IMG/VR virus record: IMGVR_UViG_3300046171_000083
Location: 1-55,766 of that record
Direction: 5' to 3' (one strand)
DNA length: 55,766 nt
From: a virus
Taxonomy: Duplodnaviria > Caudoviricetes
Both the position numbers and the translations under genes were made by a program. Under the pieces are notes generated by a model. It saw nothing but the letters and a program-made list of their open reading frames with translations. It made no database searches and had not been told where the DNA came from. Shown here piece by piece: positions 9,459-20,511 of the stretch (the first letter of the stretch is position 1; the number at the start of each line of letters is the position of its first letter).

Positions 9459-12400
9459 ACAAAATCAATTAATTATTTTAAGAGGCTTACAGTCTGGTTC
9501 TTTTAACAAAAATCAACAACTTGAAGCGATTAGATCTTTAAAAAATAATGTTGAAGATAGTGAAATTTCAGATTTAGTTAGCTCTCTATCTTTTTCTACT
9601 TTGAATGCTAATAAAGATTTAAAAACGATGGCTGATGAACGTAGAGGCCGTGATAGAGAAAACTTTGATTATACTACTGGCGGAGATGGAAAACTTCGCG
9701 CTCTTATGTCTTTTGGAGAGACTGAGGGAGATCGTGAAGCAATATTAAAAAGTCTTGTTGGTGAAGATGGATATGTTCGAGACAAAGGTGGACAACTTGC
9801 TTTAACCCCAACTGGTCAAAAAATAAGAGGTATGGATTCAGCAGGTAAAAATATCGTCATTGAGGACGAAGGTTTTTCAATGAGAGATTTTTCTGACTTT
9901 GCAGGAATTTTACCAGAAACTGTAGGTTCAATAGCAGGTGCAGTCATAGGTGGTGGGCCTTCTTTTGGTCTTGGTGCTGTAGCGGGTGCGGGTATAGGTG
10001 GCGCAGCAGGACAGGCTATTGAAGAATCAATTGAACAATTTCTTGGAGTGCAAACTCAAGGACTTGGTGATGTGGCTAAAGATGTTGCGGTTGAAGGTCT
10101 AATTGGAGCAGGTGGTGAAGTATTAGGTGCCGCAGTTATTGGTGCAGGTAGAAGAATTGTAGGTGGTGGTAGAAATCTTGCAGGTAGAGTTACAGGTGCG
10201 GGTAGCGCAGAAGAATTAGCTGAAAATAGACTAGCAAGAATGGAGAGCATGGTTGAGAGAGATTATGTACCTTCTATGGAAGCTATGGGTGCTCCAAGAT
10301 TTTTAGGTTTTGGGCAAAAAGTTCTTGAAAATATAGGAAAAGTAGAAAGCAGAATCCAAAACAATGTGCGAGTAGCATTGTCAGAAAAAGATCAATTTTT
10401 ACAAGGATTAAAAGGAACAGAAGTAGAAGAATTGGGAGAAACGGCATCTACTTTAACACCTAGAAAATTTGATGAACTTACAAAAATTAGAAACTCTAGT
10501 CAGAAAAAAATATTAAAAGCAGTTGATGATAGTATCAATTTACTTACAAAATCTGTAGATTCAAATGTAGACTTAAATGCCTCTACATTAAACGCAATAA
10601 CTGATGCTTTCGCTAAATTTGGAAATGATACAGTAGATCAGTTTGATGAAGTCGATACAATTTTAAGTCAGATAAAAAGTAAACAAAAAGTATTAGATCC
10701 AGAAACAGGTAAACGTGTTCCAATCAGTGGAGATAAAATACCTCTTTTTAATGTAAGTGGTTTAAGATCTCCATTAGATGATTACATGAAAGAGATGAGA
10801 AACTTAGCTGATCCCGCAGCGACAGAAATAAATACATTCTTAAAAACCACAAATGCAGAAGGGGCAACATTTAGAGATTTAACTAATTTGAGAAAAAGTA
10901 TAAATGATAGTTTATATTTTGGTGGTAATGTTTCTACAAAAGCTTTTGGTGTTTTAGAAACCCTTCGTGGCACAATAGATGATATGATGGACACTAGATT
11001 AATTGAAAATATGATTGATCCAAATTCTTTAAGAGGTACAGCAGATTTAACAAAATTAAAATTAGCAGCTAAAAAAAGAAAAATAGCAATGGCTAATTAT
11101 AGAGAAGGTATTCAAAGATTTGAAAAACTTTCCAGACTAAGATTAGTTAGATCTGTTCGTGATTTGCAAAGATTAGATGGTTATGAACCCAAAGCCATAT
11201 CTGATAGATTTGTTGATAATGTTATTAAGGGAGATTCTCCTGAAACATTAGAAGCAGTTTTAAAAGCAGCAGACAATCCTCAAGAGTTAAAAGATGCATT
11301 TGCTCGTAGTTTTTTAAAAGACGCTTTGCAAAAAGGTAAAATTGATGAATTAAATCCTGATAGGTTTAATGGGAGAACTTTTGCTGATAGAGTTAGGAGC
11401 CTTGGAACAACAGGTCCAAAACTCTTTGGAAAAGATTGGAAAAAAATTAATGAATTAGCCAATGAGATATCAATTACGAGTGCAAAAACTAATATCACTA
11501 AAAATGAAGTAGATAAAATATTAGATTTAAATGGCACTAGCCCAATATCTTTAGGAATGAAAGATCTTTTAGACGCTCAAGTTAATTTAAATAATGCAAA
11601 CAAAAGAACAATTCTTAAAAAACTAAATGATAATGAATATGAAACTTTTGATGCTGTTGCACAGGCATTAACACAACCTACCCTTAGTCAAAACGAAGTC
11701 ATAAAAATGATGCGTTTTTTTGATGATAACCCAGAATTTAAACAAAATATGAAAAATGTTGTTCTTCAAGATATTTTGTCTGTTGTTGATGACCAGGTAT
11801 TTTCAAATTCTAAAAAAGCAGGTGGATTAAAAGAGGTTCTTAAAAAATATAAACGAGGAACTTTAAAACAAATATTAGGTGAAGATACAGAAGCTGCGAT
11901 ACAAGGATTTGCTGATGATTTAATAGATTTAGGTGATGTAGGCAAAGAAGGTGCTATTGCAGCAGGTTCTATTTGGGCAAACTTTTTTAAACATCCTATA
12001 AATACACTTACAACCGTTGGTAGGGCTAAAGTTATTTCTAATGCTGTATCAACACCTGAAGCGGCAAAGGCTTTTCTAGCAGCTAGAAGATCAGCAGGAA
12101 ACGATCCTAAAGCACAAGCGAGAGCAATGTTGGGTGCTCTTAATCAATCTATGGTTGATGAAGGTCTTGATATTGGTGGATCTGCATCAAAAGCGGGTAA
12201 AATTTTAAGCGGTGGATTAAGAACAGCAAGTCAAGGAACTAGAGCTATTCGTCAATCATTGCCTAGAGGAGTTGAGCTAGGGTCTTTTCAACAAGCAGAA
12301 AAACCCCGAACAAATGTTCCAGTTGTAACTCCTCCCGCTGTTGATTTTAGTTCAATTCCCATTCCTCAAGGACCAACCAGAAGAGCGCCTACTAGACCAC

Positions 12401-12525
12401 TAAGCCCAATAGAACAATTAAGACAAGATGCTTTTAGAAAAGCAAACATTCGACAGAGAGCAAAAGAAAACCCCGCAATAGCATCAACACTCTTGGGGGG
12501 TCTTGGTAGCGCAGGTCTTCTTTAG
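9451..12525 (+). CDS. Large ejection protein (P22 gp16 / T7 gp16 position)
   Basis: 1024 aa, glycine-zipper segment (GAVAGAGIGGAAGQ), last gene of the late operon. Confidence 0.6.
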   Translation: MNKQNQLIILRGLQSGSFNKNQQLEAIRSLKNNVEDSEISDLVSSLSFSTLNANKDLKTMADERRGRDRENFDYTTGGDGKLRALMSFGETEGDREAILKSLVGEDGYVRDKGGQLALTPTGQKIRGMDSAGKNIVIEDEGFSMRDFSDFAGILPETVGSIAGAVIGGGPSFGLGAVAGAGIGGAAGQAIEESIEQFLGVQTQGLGDVAKDVAVEGLIGAGGEVLGAAVIGAGRRIVGGGRNLAGRVTGAGSAEELAENRLARMESMVERDYVPSMEAMGAPRFLGFGQKVLENIGKVESRIQNNVRVALSEKDQFLQGLKGTEVEELGETASTLTPRKFDELTKIRNSSQKKILKAVDDSINLLTKSVDSNVDLNASTLNAITDAFAKFGNDTVDQFDEVDTILSQIKSKQKVLDPETGKRVPISGDKIPLFNVSGLRSPLDDYMKEMRNLADPAATEINTFLKTTNAEGATFRDLTNLRKSINDSLYFGGNVSTKAFGVLETLRGTIDDMMDTRLIENMIDPNSLRGTADLTKLKLAAKKRKIAMANYREGIQRFEKLSRLRLVRSVRDLQRLDGYEPKAISDRFVDNVIKGDSPETLEAVLKAADNPQELKDAFARSFLKDALQKGKIDELNPDRFNGRTFADRVRSLGTTGPKLFGKDWKKINELANEISITSAKTNITKNEVDKILDLNGTSPISLGMKDLLDAQVNLNNANKRTILKKLNDNEYETFDAVAQALTQPTLSQNEVIKMMRFFDDNPEFKQNMKNVVLQDILSVVDDQVFSNSKKAGGLKEVLKKYKRGTLKQILGEDTEAAIQGFADDLIDLGDVGKEGAIAAGSIWANFFKHPINTLTTVGRAKVISNAVSTPEAAKAFLAARRSAGNDPKAQARAMLGALNQSMVDEGLDIGGSASKAGKILSGGLRTASQGTRAIRQSLPRGVELGSFQQAEKPRTNVPVVTPPAVDFSSIPIPQGPTRRAPTRPLSPIEQLRQDAFRKANIRQRAKENPAIASTLLGGLGSAGLL

Positions 12526-12737
12526 TCCTCTATAACTGCTGAGATTCCCCCGACCATTGCTCTAGCAACTGGTGGTGGAGTCTTTTGAAGACCCTGACTT
12601 CTGTATTCTTCATCAACAAGCAAAGACAATTGCTGTGATATGTTTCGTCTTTCTTTATTTGCGATCTGTACGATCTTGTCATAAGTGTCTACATTGACAC
12701 CTATAGACTTGTATTTAGATGGTTTAGGCACTAGCAT
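12522..12737 (-). CDS. Ribbon-helix-helix (Arc/CopG-like) DNA-binding regulator
   Basis: YKSIGVNVDTYDKIVQIANKERRNISQQLSLLV fits the strand-helix-helix pattern. GGGAG RBS precedes ATG 12737 / GTG 12731. Confidence 0.65.
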   Translation of the reverse strand: MLVPKPSKYKSIGVNVDTYDKIVQIANKERRNISQQLSLLVDEEYRSQGLQKTPPPVARAMVGGISAVIED

Positions 12738-12747
12738 AACTCCCACA

Positions 12748-13122
12748 ATGTACTCAAAACCAACATATAATCCCAAACTAAAAAGGTCAAGACCCAAGTA
12801 TGGTAATAAGAAAACTGTGGTTGATGGGGTAAAGTTTGATTCTAAATGGGAATCACAACGGTATCTTTATTTAAAATCTTTAGAAAAAGCAGAACGAATT
12901 AAAAATCTTACTTTGCAACCCAAGTTTCTTATTACTGTGAACGGACAAAAGATTTGTGCATACATAGCAGATTTTGAATATGATAAAGAACATGCAAGCG
13001 GTGAGTGGGAACATATTATCGAAGATGCAAAAGGTATGGAAACCCCTGAATTTAAACTAAAAAAGAAGCTTATGAAAGCTGTTCATAATATTGATATCTA
13101 TCTTTCTAAAAAAAATAGTTGA
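12748..13122 (+). CDS. DUF1064-like PD-(D/E)XK endonuclease
   Basis: Motifs KYGNKKTVVDGVKFDSKWE, YIADF and IIEDAKG; start position uncertain. Confidence 0.8.
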   Translation: MYSKPTYNPKLKRSRPKYGNKKTVVDGVKFDSKWESQRYLYLKSLEKAERIKNLTLQPKFLITVNGQKICAYIADFEYDKEHASGEWEHIIEDAKGMETPEFKLKKKLMKAVHNIDIYLSKKNS

Positions 13123-13147
13123 CATAGATCCCATACTTTTCTAAGTT
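13119..13147 (+). promoter_or_regulatory. Sigma70-like promoter of the replication operon
   Basis: TTGACA (13119-24), 17 nt, TAAGTT (13142-47); TCCCATA inside the spacer. Confidence 0.6.
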
Positions 13148-13177
13148 GAAATCTCTAGAACTAAAGAAAGTATTATT

Positions 13178-13576
13178 ATGGACAGTATAAAACTGCTCAG
13201 TGAAAGAGATGAACTCAAAGAGCATATTGATATGCTCAGGGGTGAACTCAAGGATCTTGAAGAGCAAATCAAAGACACTTTTTATACCCAGGCTCGTGAT
13301 GCGTTACGGGCAGACGGTAAAGATTTTGGCACCACACACATGATTGCAGGTAATCAAAAGCTTAAAGCTAAGGTTACTAAAAAGGTCGTGTGGGATCAGA
13401 ATGAATTAGGCTGTGTATTGGAGGCAATGGCTCCAGAAGACGCACAGCACTATGGGAAGCTTACGATTACAGTTGATGAGCGTAAGTATACAGCAGCACC
13501 ACCCGCTATCAAATCGTTACTTGAACCTTGCCGTAGCGTTGAAGTTGGTGGATTTACAGTAGAAGTGGATAATTAA
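13178..13576 (+). CDS. Hypothetical protein of the recombination module
   Basis: 132 aa, N-terminal coiled coil, directly upstream of the Sak4-like ATPase. Confidence 0.7.
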   Translation: MDSIKLLSERDELKEHIDMLRGELKDLEEQIKDTFYTQARDALRADGKDFGTTHMIAGNQKLKAKVTKKVVWDQNELGCVLEAMAPEDAQHYGKLTITVDERKYTAAPPAIKSLLEPCRSVEVGGFTVEVDN

Positions 13577-13577
13577 T

Positions 13578-14450
13578 ATGAGTTTACAAATTATTTCTGC
13601 TGAACAGCGTCTTGCGGAAAAGCGTGGTCACAAGGTTGTGGTCTGCGGTGCAAGCGGTGTTGGCAAAACAACCTTGGCTCGAACTCTTGAGCCACACTCG
13701 ACACTATTTATGGATTTGGAAGCAGGGGATGCAGCAATCGAAGGATATGAGATTGATGTTATTCGCCCTCAAACATGGATAGATTGTCGTGACTTTGCTT
13801 GTTATTTAGGAGGTCCAAACCCTTCTTTGGCAGAAGATCAACCATATAGTGGGGCACATTATGAGTATGTGTGTCAGCATTTTGGTGATCCAGAACAGAC
13901 AATCAATAAGTATGAAACTCTGTTCATTGATTCGATTACGGTTGCAGGGCGATTGTGTTTTCAATGGTGTACGCAGCAACCAGATTCAAGGTCTGATAGA
14001 ACAGGCAAACTTGATACTCGTGCAGCTTATGGTTTGCATGGGCGCGAAATGATGGGGTGGCTTACACAGCTACAACACATTCGCTCAAAGAATGTAATCT
14101 TTGTTGGGATTTTAGATGAAGTTACCGATGATTATGGACGCAAGCAATATGCGTTGCAAATCGAAGGGTCTAAAACTGGCAGAGAATTACCAGGGATCGT
14201 AGATGAAGTGATCACGATGGCTGTTATGGCGGGAGACAACGGCCCTTATCGTGCCTTCATCTGCGGTGCCTTAAATGAATGGGGCTATCCTGCAAAGGAT
14301 CGCTCTGGTAGGCTTGATACACTTGAAGAGCCACATCTTGGTAAACTATTAAATAAAATGAGTGTTGGAGCACCACAGGCGGAAAGGCCACTTAATTTTG
14401 TAGATCCAAACACTCAGCATTCTAGCGAAGGAGAATTAGAAAATGCTTAA
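13578..14450 (+). CDS. AAA_24 / Sak4-like ATPase
   Basis: Walker A GASGVGKT, DLEAG, Walker B LFIDSIT, and AKDRSG. Confidence 0.85.
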   Translation: MSLQIISAEQRLAEKRGHKVVVCGASGVGKTTLARTLEPHSTLFMDLEAGDAAIEGYEIDVIRPQTWIDCRDFACYLGGPNPSLAEDQPYSGAHYEYVCQHFGDPEQTINKYETLFIDSITVAGRLCFQWCTQQPDSRSDRTGKLDTRAAYGLHGREMMGWLTQLQHIRSKNVIFVGILDEVTDDYGRKQYALQIEGSKTGRELPGIVDEVITMAVMAGDNGPYRAFICGALNEWGYPAKDRSGRLDTLEEPHLGKLLNKMSVGAPQAERPLNFVDPNTQHSSEGELENA

Positions 14451-15066
14451 TCTAAATAATGCAAACGTATCAGATGCTCCACAAATGGAGCGAACATTAA
14501 TTCCTGCGGGTACAGTATGTCGTGCAGTTGTAAATGTTAAACTTGGTGACATGGAAATTCCAGAGTTTGGAACAGGTCAGTGGTTTAAGAAATCTCAAAC
14601 ATCTAAGGCAAAATGGATGGAGTTGGAGTTTACCGTCATTGGCGGTGAGCATGACAAACGTAAGTTCTGGGACAAAATCTTTGTCGATGGCGATAAGATG
14701 AGTCCAAACGGCATTCCAGTAACTAAAGAGATTGGTTTGTCCACTCTTAGAATGATTATTGAAAGTGCATTTAATATCGTTCCAACCGATACTTCAGCCG
14801 AAGCACAGGCTCGTAGACAGATCTCAGGAGTAAATGACTTGAATGGTATGGAGATTTGCGCTAAAGTTGGAATTGATAAAGGAACAAATGGATATGCGGA
14901 TAAGAATAAGTTAACCGCAGCCATGACACCTAACCAAAAGGATTTTATCCCTTCTGGTCAAGCGCCAATGTCTCAGACACCTGCTTCAAGTCAGCAGATG
15001 GCGCAACCACAGCAACAGGCACAGCCCGTAGCTAGTGGTGCAGTACCAAGTTGGGCTAATCGCTAA
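14443..15066 (+). CDS. Single-stranded DNA-binding-like protein
   Basis: Follows Sak4. LIPAG..., LEFTVIGGEHDKRKFWD, Gln/Pro-rich tail ending PSWANR. Confidence 0.65.
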   Translation: MLNLNNANVSDAPQMERTLIPAGTVCRAVVNVKLGDMEIPEFGTGQWFKKSQTSKAKWMELEFTVIGGEHDKRKFWDKIFVDGDKMSPNGIPVTKEIGLSTLRMIIESAFNIVPTDTSAEAQARRQISGVNDLNGMEICAKVGIDKGTNGYADKNKLTAAMTPNQKDFIPSGQAPMSQTPASSQQMAQPQQQAQPVASGAVPSWANR

Positions 15067-15133
15067 TCTAGCGGCACAGGTTTACTTCACCTGCTAGACC
15101 ACCGAAGGGGAGCGGTGGGCCAAATACTCCCCC
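15067..15133 (+). promoter_or_regulatory. Structured intergenic RNA element: hairpin plus H-type pseudoknot
   Basis: TCTAGC/GCTAGA stem, then CCACCG/CGGTGG (15099-15118) whose loop GGGGAG complements CTCCCC at 15127-32. Confidence 0.5.
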
Positions 15134-15161
15134 TCTTTTCTAGACAAATGGAGTCCCCAAT

Positions 15162-16826
15162 ATGTTACTGCGCCCTTATCAAGAGGCCGCTGTTAGTGAT
15201 GCGTGTAAGGCATTAGATAAACACGGTAATACAATTGTTGTAGCACCTACTGGAGCAGGTAAGACAATTATGCTCTCCGCGCTCGTAGGTGAACGCTACA
15301 AAGACGGTAAAAAGATTTTGGTGATGCAACACCGCGATGAGCTTGTAGATCAAAACAAGTCCAAGTTTGAACGCATCAACCCATATATTACAACAAGCAT
15401 TGTGAACGGCACAGTTAAGAATTGGGATGGTAATACAATCTTCTCAATGGTGCAGACAATCTCACGCGAGAGAAACCTAAGAGATCGCCCAAAATTTGAT
15501 ATGGTTGTTGTGGATGAAAGCCACCATGCAGCAGCCGATACATACTTAAAAGTTATTAACGCGGTAAAAGATGACAATCCAAACGCAGAGATTGTTGGCT
15601 TTACTGCAACACCGAATCGTGGCGATGGCAAAGGGCTACGCAGCGTTTTCAATAATTGCTCACATCAGATCGAAATCACAACATTGATTCGTGAAGGATT
15701 TTTGGTTTCACCTAAATCATACGTCATTGATTGTGGTGTAGGCGAACAGCTTAATAACGTATCTCGTAGGGGTAACGACTTTGACATGGAGCAAGTCGAA
15801 GCCATTATGAACCACAAAGTCATCAATGAGAAAGTTGTAACAGAGTGGATAGATCGTGCAGATGGACGTAAGACAGTTGTGTTTTGTAGCACAGTTAAAC
15901 ATGCAGAAGATTTATTAGAATCGTTTATAGAGCATGAGGTTGATGCCAAGCTTGTAACTGGCGAGACACCAAAGGATGAAAGAGCCGAAACACTACATGA
16001 GCTTGCCTATGGTGATCTTGAAGTGGTTGTGAACGTGTCAGTATTGACTGAGGGCTTTGACGCTCCTGCCGTGTCTTGTATCGTTCTTATGAGGCCATGT
16101 TCACAAAAGGGTACGATGGTTCAAATGATTGGTCGTGGTTTACGCACGATTGATCCAGAAGAGTTCCCTGGCATTGTCAAAACAGATTGTTTGGTTCTTG
16201 ATTTTGGTACGAGTGTTCTTACGCACGGATCTCTTGAGGACTCAGTTAATCTTGATGATCGTGAAAAAGGTGAGGCACCCTTAAAAGAATGTCCAGAGTG
16301 CGAGTCTTTTATTCCTATGGGTTCTCAGGAGTGTCCAATATGTGGACATCTCTTTGAGTCCGAAAAAGAAGAGAAGGAAGAACTATCTGCATTTACAATG
16401 ACAGAATACGATTTGATGCAAATGTCACCGTTCCGTTGGATTGATTTGTTTGGTGATGGCAGCTTGCGTATGGCGATGGGTTTTGAAGGATTTGTCGGTG
16501 TGGCAAACACATCGGGGTTATCTATCTCTTTTGGTAGGACAAAAAGTGGGAGAGTGCAGCTTAAAGTCCTTGCCGTAGGCGGTAGCGCACAGGCTACAGC
16601 AGCCGCAGATGATTTCTTGCGCGAAATAGAAGATGGCGGTGCCGCCAAGAAAACAAAGAGATGGCTAGATCAGAGAGCCACAGAGAAACAACGTGAGCAT
16701 TTACGCAAGCAAGGTATTGAAGTTGGTTTAATGGACTTCTCATGGACTAAATACAGAGCCGCATGCATGCTTAATTTCATGTGGAATAAAACAGTAATTG
16801 AACAGGCAGTGGAGAAATACCTATGA
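15162..16826 (+). CDS. Superfamily 2 (DExH) helicase with zinc finger
   Basis: LRPYQ, APTGAGKT, VVDESHH, FTATP, LTEGFD, QMIGRGLR and CPEC...CPIC. Confidence 0.93.
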   Translation: MLLRPYQEAAVSDACKALDKHGNTIVVAPTGAGKTIMLSALVGERYKDGKKILVMQHRDELVDQNKSKFERINPYITTSIVNGTVKNWDGNTIFSMVQTISRERNLRDRPKFDMVVVDESHHAAADTYLKVINAVKDDNPNAEIVGFTATPNRGDGKGLRSVFNNCSHQIEITTLIREGFLVSPKSYVIDCGVGEQLNNVSRRGNDFDMEQVEAIMNHKVINEKVVTEWIDRADGRKTVVFCSTVKHAEDLLESFIEHEVDAKLVTGETPKDERAETLHELAYGDLEVVVNVSVLTEGFDAPAVSCIVLMRPCSQKGTMVQMIGRGLRTIDPEEFPGIVKTDCLVLDFGTSVLTHGSLEDSVNLDDREKGEAPLKECPECESFIPMGSQECPICGHLFESEKEEKEELSAFTMTEYDLMQMSPFRWIDLFGDGSLRMAMGFEGFVGVANTSGLSISFGRTKSGRVQLKVLAVGGSAQATAAADDFLREIEDGGAAKKTKRWLDQRATEKQREHLRKQGIEVGLMDFSWTKYRAACMLNFMWNKTVIEQAVEKYL

Positions 16827-16967
16827 TACGTTGGGCAGTTTATGATGATGGGCTTAAGAGTTTGGGACAATGGCAAACTTATTGCAGTTCTCCAACATCT
16901 GATTTTAAATACATTTTGTCTGATTTGGCGTTATGGTTAAGACATAACGATAAAGAGAGGCAAGAGG

Positions 16968-17278
16968 ATGGCTAGGTTTGAACTCGTTTTATCATTAGCC
17001 AAGCGTAATGATGATAACGAATTATATACAGAAGAAACTGATATGTGTGCTTTTGTAAAAACCTCAAAGATTTAGAGGAAATCACAGATACAGCAAACGA
17101 AGTTATTAAAGAAGAAATAGGCGAATCAGAGGAAGGAGAAGTTTTGTTCGGGTCAGCAGATGTTATCATAAACAATCTTACAGTTCTTATGCTGCAATAC
17201 ACGAATAGCGAACTTCCAAGAGATGAAATGGATGAAATAATTGATTTATTAACAGAACCACAAGGAGCAATGCATTGA
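16968..17278 (+). CDS. Acidic hypothetical protein (frameshifted near 17045)
   Basis: ATG 16968 with GAGAGG RBS gives MARFELVLSLA and continues in the ORF at 17045-17278. Confidence 0.45.
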
Positions 17279-17493
17279 TAGAAGAAAGAAAGCCAGTAGA
17301 AGAATTGGCGTTTATATTAGAAAAATTCGGATGGGACACCAAGTTTTGTGACCTAACAGAAGATCAAGTCTACACACTTATATTCGGATTACAGGCAGCA
17401 AAAGATATATCATCGGAGATTGAAATTGGGAAGCTCGAAGAAAATTACTTTAAGTCAACGGGCACTTGGCCCCCTACAAGTATCCCGTTCTGA
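17275..17493 (+). CDS. Hypothetical protein
   Basis: 72 aa, AAGGAG RBS, overlaps the previous stop, ends IPF. Confidence 0.55.
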   Translation: MIEERKPVEELAFILEKFGWDTKFCDLTEDQVYTLIFGLQAAKDISSEIEIGKLEENYFKSTGTWPPTSIPF

Positions 17494-18211
17494 TCCTGTA
17501 ATAGAGTCTATAGCAAAAGCTGTAGACCGAGGAATTGTTCGGCTTAATGAGCGAAGAGAGCGGCGGAAGTACCTGGGAGCGTCAAGTATTGGCGATGAGT
17601 GCAGCCGTAAAATTCAGTATCGTTACCTAAATTACCCTCAAGATGAGAACTCTGGCTTTAGCGCACAGACATTACGCATCTTTGAGTTCGGTCATGGGAT
17701 CGAAGATTACGCAGCCAAGTGGATTAAAGATGCAGGCTTTGATCTCAGGACAGAAGACAAGATGGGAGAGCAGTTTGGTTTTTCAATCGCTGATGATGAA
17801 ATCAAAGGACATATAGATGGGGTTATCTGTGATGGTCCTGTTGATATGGGCTACCCATCTTTGTGGGAAAACAAGTCAGCGAAAGACAGCAAATGGAAAG
17901 CTTTTCAACGCATGGGTGTAGCAAAAGCCAATCCCACATATGCAACGCAGATCGCTCTGTATCAGGCTTACATGGATCTAACAGAATGCCCTGCATTGTT
18001 TACAGTCGTGAATAAAAATACGTCTGAAATATACTACGAATTAGTTCCTTTTGATAAGGAGTTGGCACAGGCAGCAAGTGATAAGGCAGTAAATATCTTG
18101 ACTGCATCAAAAGCAGGTGACATTCTACCTCGCATAGCTCAGAGCAAAGATTTTTATCTTTGCAAGTTTTGTGAGTTTAGGGAGACTTGTTGGAAAGATG
18201 AATGTAATTAG
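17420..18211 (+). CDS. Cas4-like PD-(D/E)XK exonuclease
   Basis: YLGASSIGDEC, GHIDG, WENKS, QIALY and C-terminal CKFCEFRETC (1+3 Cys). Start uncertain. Confidence 0.8.
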   Translation: MKLGSSKKITLSQRALGPLQVSRSDPVIESIAKAVDRGIVRLNERRERRKYLGASSIGDECSRKIQYRYLNYPQDENSGFSAQTLRIFEFGHGIEDYAAKWIKDAGFDLRTEDKMGEQFGFSIADDEIKGHIDGVICDGPVDMGYPSLWENKSAKDSKWKAFQRMGVAKANPTYATQIALYQAYMDLTECPALFTVVNKNTSEIYYELVPFDKELAQAASDKAVNILTASKAGDILPRIAQSKDFYLCKFCEFRETCWKDECN

Positions 18212-18273
18212 GGGTCAGCACCGTGTCAATGCTAACCCCTTGAAGTGGTAAATACGAGTATGAGGACAATATA

Positions 18274-20461
18274 ATGTCATTAAGAGTAGTTGGCAATACA
18301 ATATATGGTAGCAATCAAAAAGATTTAGTCGCTGAGATTACGGAGAAAGTTCCTTCATATGTACAGATCGAAGCACTAAAGAATGCCTACCCAAACGGAA
18401 GAGTTGTTCGGAATGAGTTCTATCTTGGCTCATTGTCAGGTGAGGCAGGGCAATCTCTTAAAATAAACATTGATCCATCAAGCCCAAACTTTATGCGCGG
18501 CATGGATTTCAATAGTGGTGACGGGATCGGGGGCATATCCAAGATTCTAATGGAGGCTTACAGGTGGAAGATCACTGATGTAGCCGAACATTTCTCTACG
18601 TTCTTAGATCGTCCCCAGGCAGAAGCGCCAATTAACCCGATTAACCCGAACAAGTTACAGCAGCCCCAGGAAGAACAACCCGAACAAGTCAAGCAAAAGC
18701 GGGTCATTGATATCAATACACCGCACGATGGTGAGTATTTCTACCTATCAACTGATGGGGAAGTCCTCGTAACGGTACGAAGATATATCGAAAGAGATCC
18801 AACGGGTGAAATTGTTCGGGATACGGACGGGAATACGAAGAAAGAGTTCCGCCAGTTTCCGCGTTTACCTGAAACCAGACCGCTTTATAACCTCCCTGAC
18901 ATTGCGCAATCAGATCGCGTAATATGGGTAGAGGGTGAGAAGTGCGCAGATGAGCTAACAAAACAAGGATACACAGCTACTTGTACTATCGGTGGTGCAG
19001 GGATGTTATCTCGTAATACAAAAGACAAGTTTGATTTCTCTCCATTGCAAGGCAGAGAGCTAATCATATGGCCTGATAATGACGATGCAGGTAAGAAATT
19101 AGCTAGGATAGTTCAAGAACTGGCTCAGAATGCAGGTGCAAAATCAATCACCATGCTCGTGCCACCGAAGGGAAAGCCTAAGAAGTGGGATGCCGCAGAT
19201 GCAATTGAAGAGGGATTTGATATTTCAAACTTTCTCAATGCGCCTACGCATAAGGTTAAAAAGGTATTATCTCTTAAAAACCAGAACTTGCTTATTACTC
19301 AGCAGTTTGTTGGTTCGGCTCCAGAGCAGAAGTTTTTGATTGGAGATACAATACCGCTTGGGGTACCAGTGGTGTTTCGCAGCCGCAGGGGATAGTGGTA
19401 AAGGCATGATGACGCTTGATCTAGCGATGAAGGTAGCATCGGGCGATGGTATGCAAAGCTCTTTCGGTGGTTTTGTTTCAAATCATGGCACATCAATAAT
19501 TTTATCAGCAGAAGATGACAAAGATGAGATCCACAGACGGATCAGCAGGCTAGATCCCCTGAACAAACGTTCGGGTTATGAGCATGATTGTATCATTGTG
19601 CCGCTGCCGAACGAAGGCGGTGTGTTTCCAATTATGATGAAAGTAGACAATACATACGCAACATCACCAGAATTTGAAAAGATATACGAAGAAATGTTGG
19701 AGATTGAAGACCTTGCGTTAGTTGTTATTGATCCAATGGCATCATTTGTGCATGCAGATGTAAACGCTGATCCCGCCGCAGGTGCAGCATTCATGGGTTT
19801 GTTGGCTCAAATATCCACAGAGACAGGCGCAACAGTCATGGTAAACCACCATATGGCGAAGGTAAGCGACAATGACTTTATAGACTCGCCAGAGAAGGCT
19901 CGTAATAAAATTAGAGGTACGTCTGCGATTGTGGACGGTGTAAGATGCGCCTTCTCTGTATGGCAAGTGGATGAGCCTACAGCTAAGTCACGCTGTAAAG
20001 ACTTACAAGTTCCATACACAAGAAACGCTGTGTTTGACGGTGCAGTGGTAAAAGCAAACGGTCCTGCAAATCGGGAGATAAGACACTTTATTCGTAACCC
20101 AGATACTGGTCTGTTAGAAGATAGAAGTATAGACATACGAAATTTTGCTATGTCTCAAGCCGTTCGGGAAAGAATAGAGTATGTCTTTAATTTTATTAGA
20201 ATTCGAGAGGATCGCGGCATTCCTGTTACTAAGGGTGGTATGCATGATGGTATTTTTGATGCCATCAGAACAGCGCCAAATGATGACATAAACGCAGGAA
20301 ACCTTAGAAATGCGGTAGGAGAAAGTACAATTAAAAAGGCTGTGACTACGTTGCAAAACGATGGACGTATTGACCAGTTTAAACGAAACAGAAGTGGGCC
20401 TCGTAAATGGCTTGGTGTTGTCGGGGGTCAATTAAATCAAGAGGAAGATATACTTGACTAG
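18274..20461 (+). CDS. Primase-helicase fusion (TOPRIM plus RepA/AAA_25), split by a 1-nt frameshift near 19375
   Basis: VIWVEGEKCA and IWPDNDDAG (TOPRIM). Removing one T at GTGTTTCGCA restores VVFAAAGDSGKG (Walker A). LVVIDP and VNHHMAK follow. Confidence 0.85.
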
Positions 20462-20488
20462 CTTGGGAAAGTATGGTATAAATCCCAA
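20454..20488 (+). promoter_or_regulatory. Sigma70-like promoter with overlapping inverted-repeat operator
   Basis: TTGACT, 17 nt, TATAAA with extended TG. TTGGGA-N14-TCCCAA straddles the -10 element. Confidence 0.6.
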
Positions 20489-20511
20489 TTACTCTAGAAA
20501 AAGGAAAGATT

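Noticed and set aside
12573-12590. Partial self-matches of reconstructed guide targets (13/18 in the RHH gene; 14/18 near 329-346)
   Set aside because: With 14 guides and both strands of 56 kb, several matches of this quality are expected by chance.
17420-18211. Cas4-like nuclease as spacer-acquisition factor for the array
   Set aside because: It lies in the standard Sak4-SSB-helicase-primase module on the other strand, and such nucleases are common in phages without arrays.
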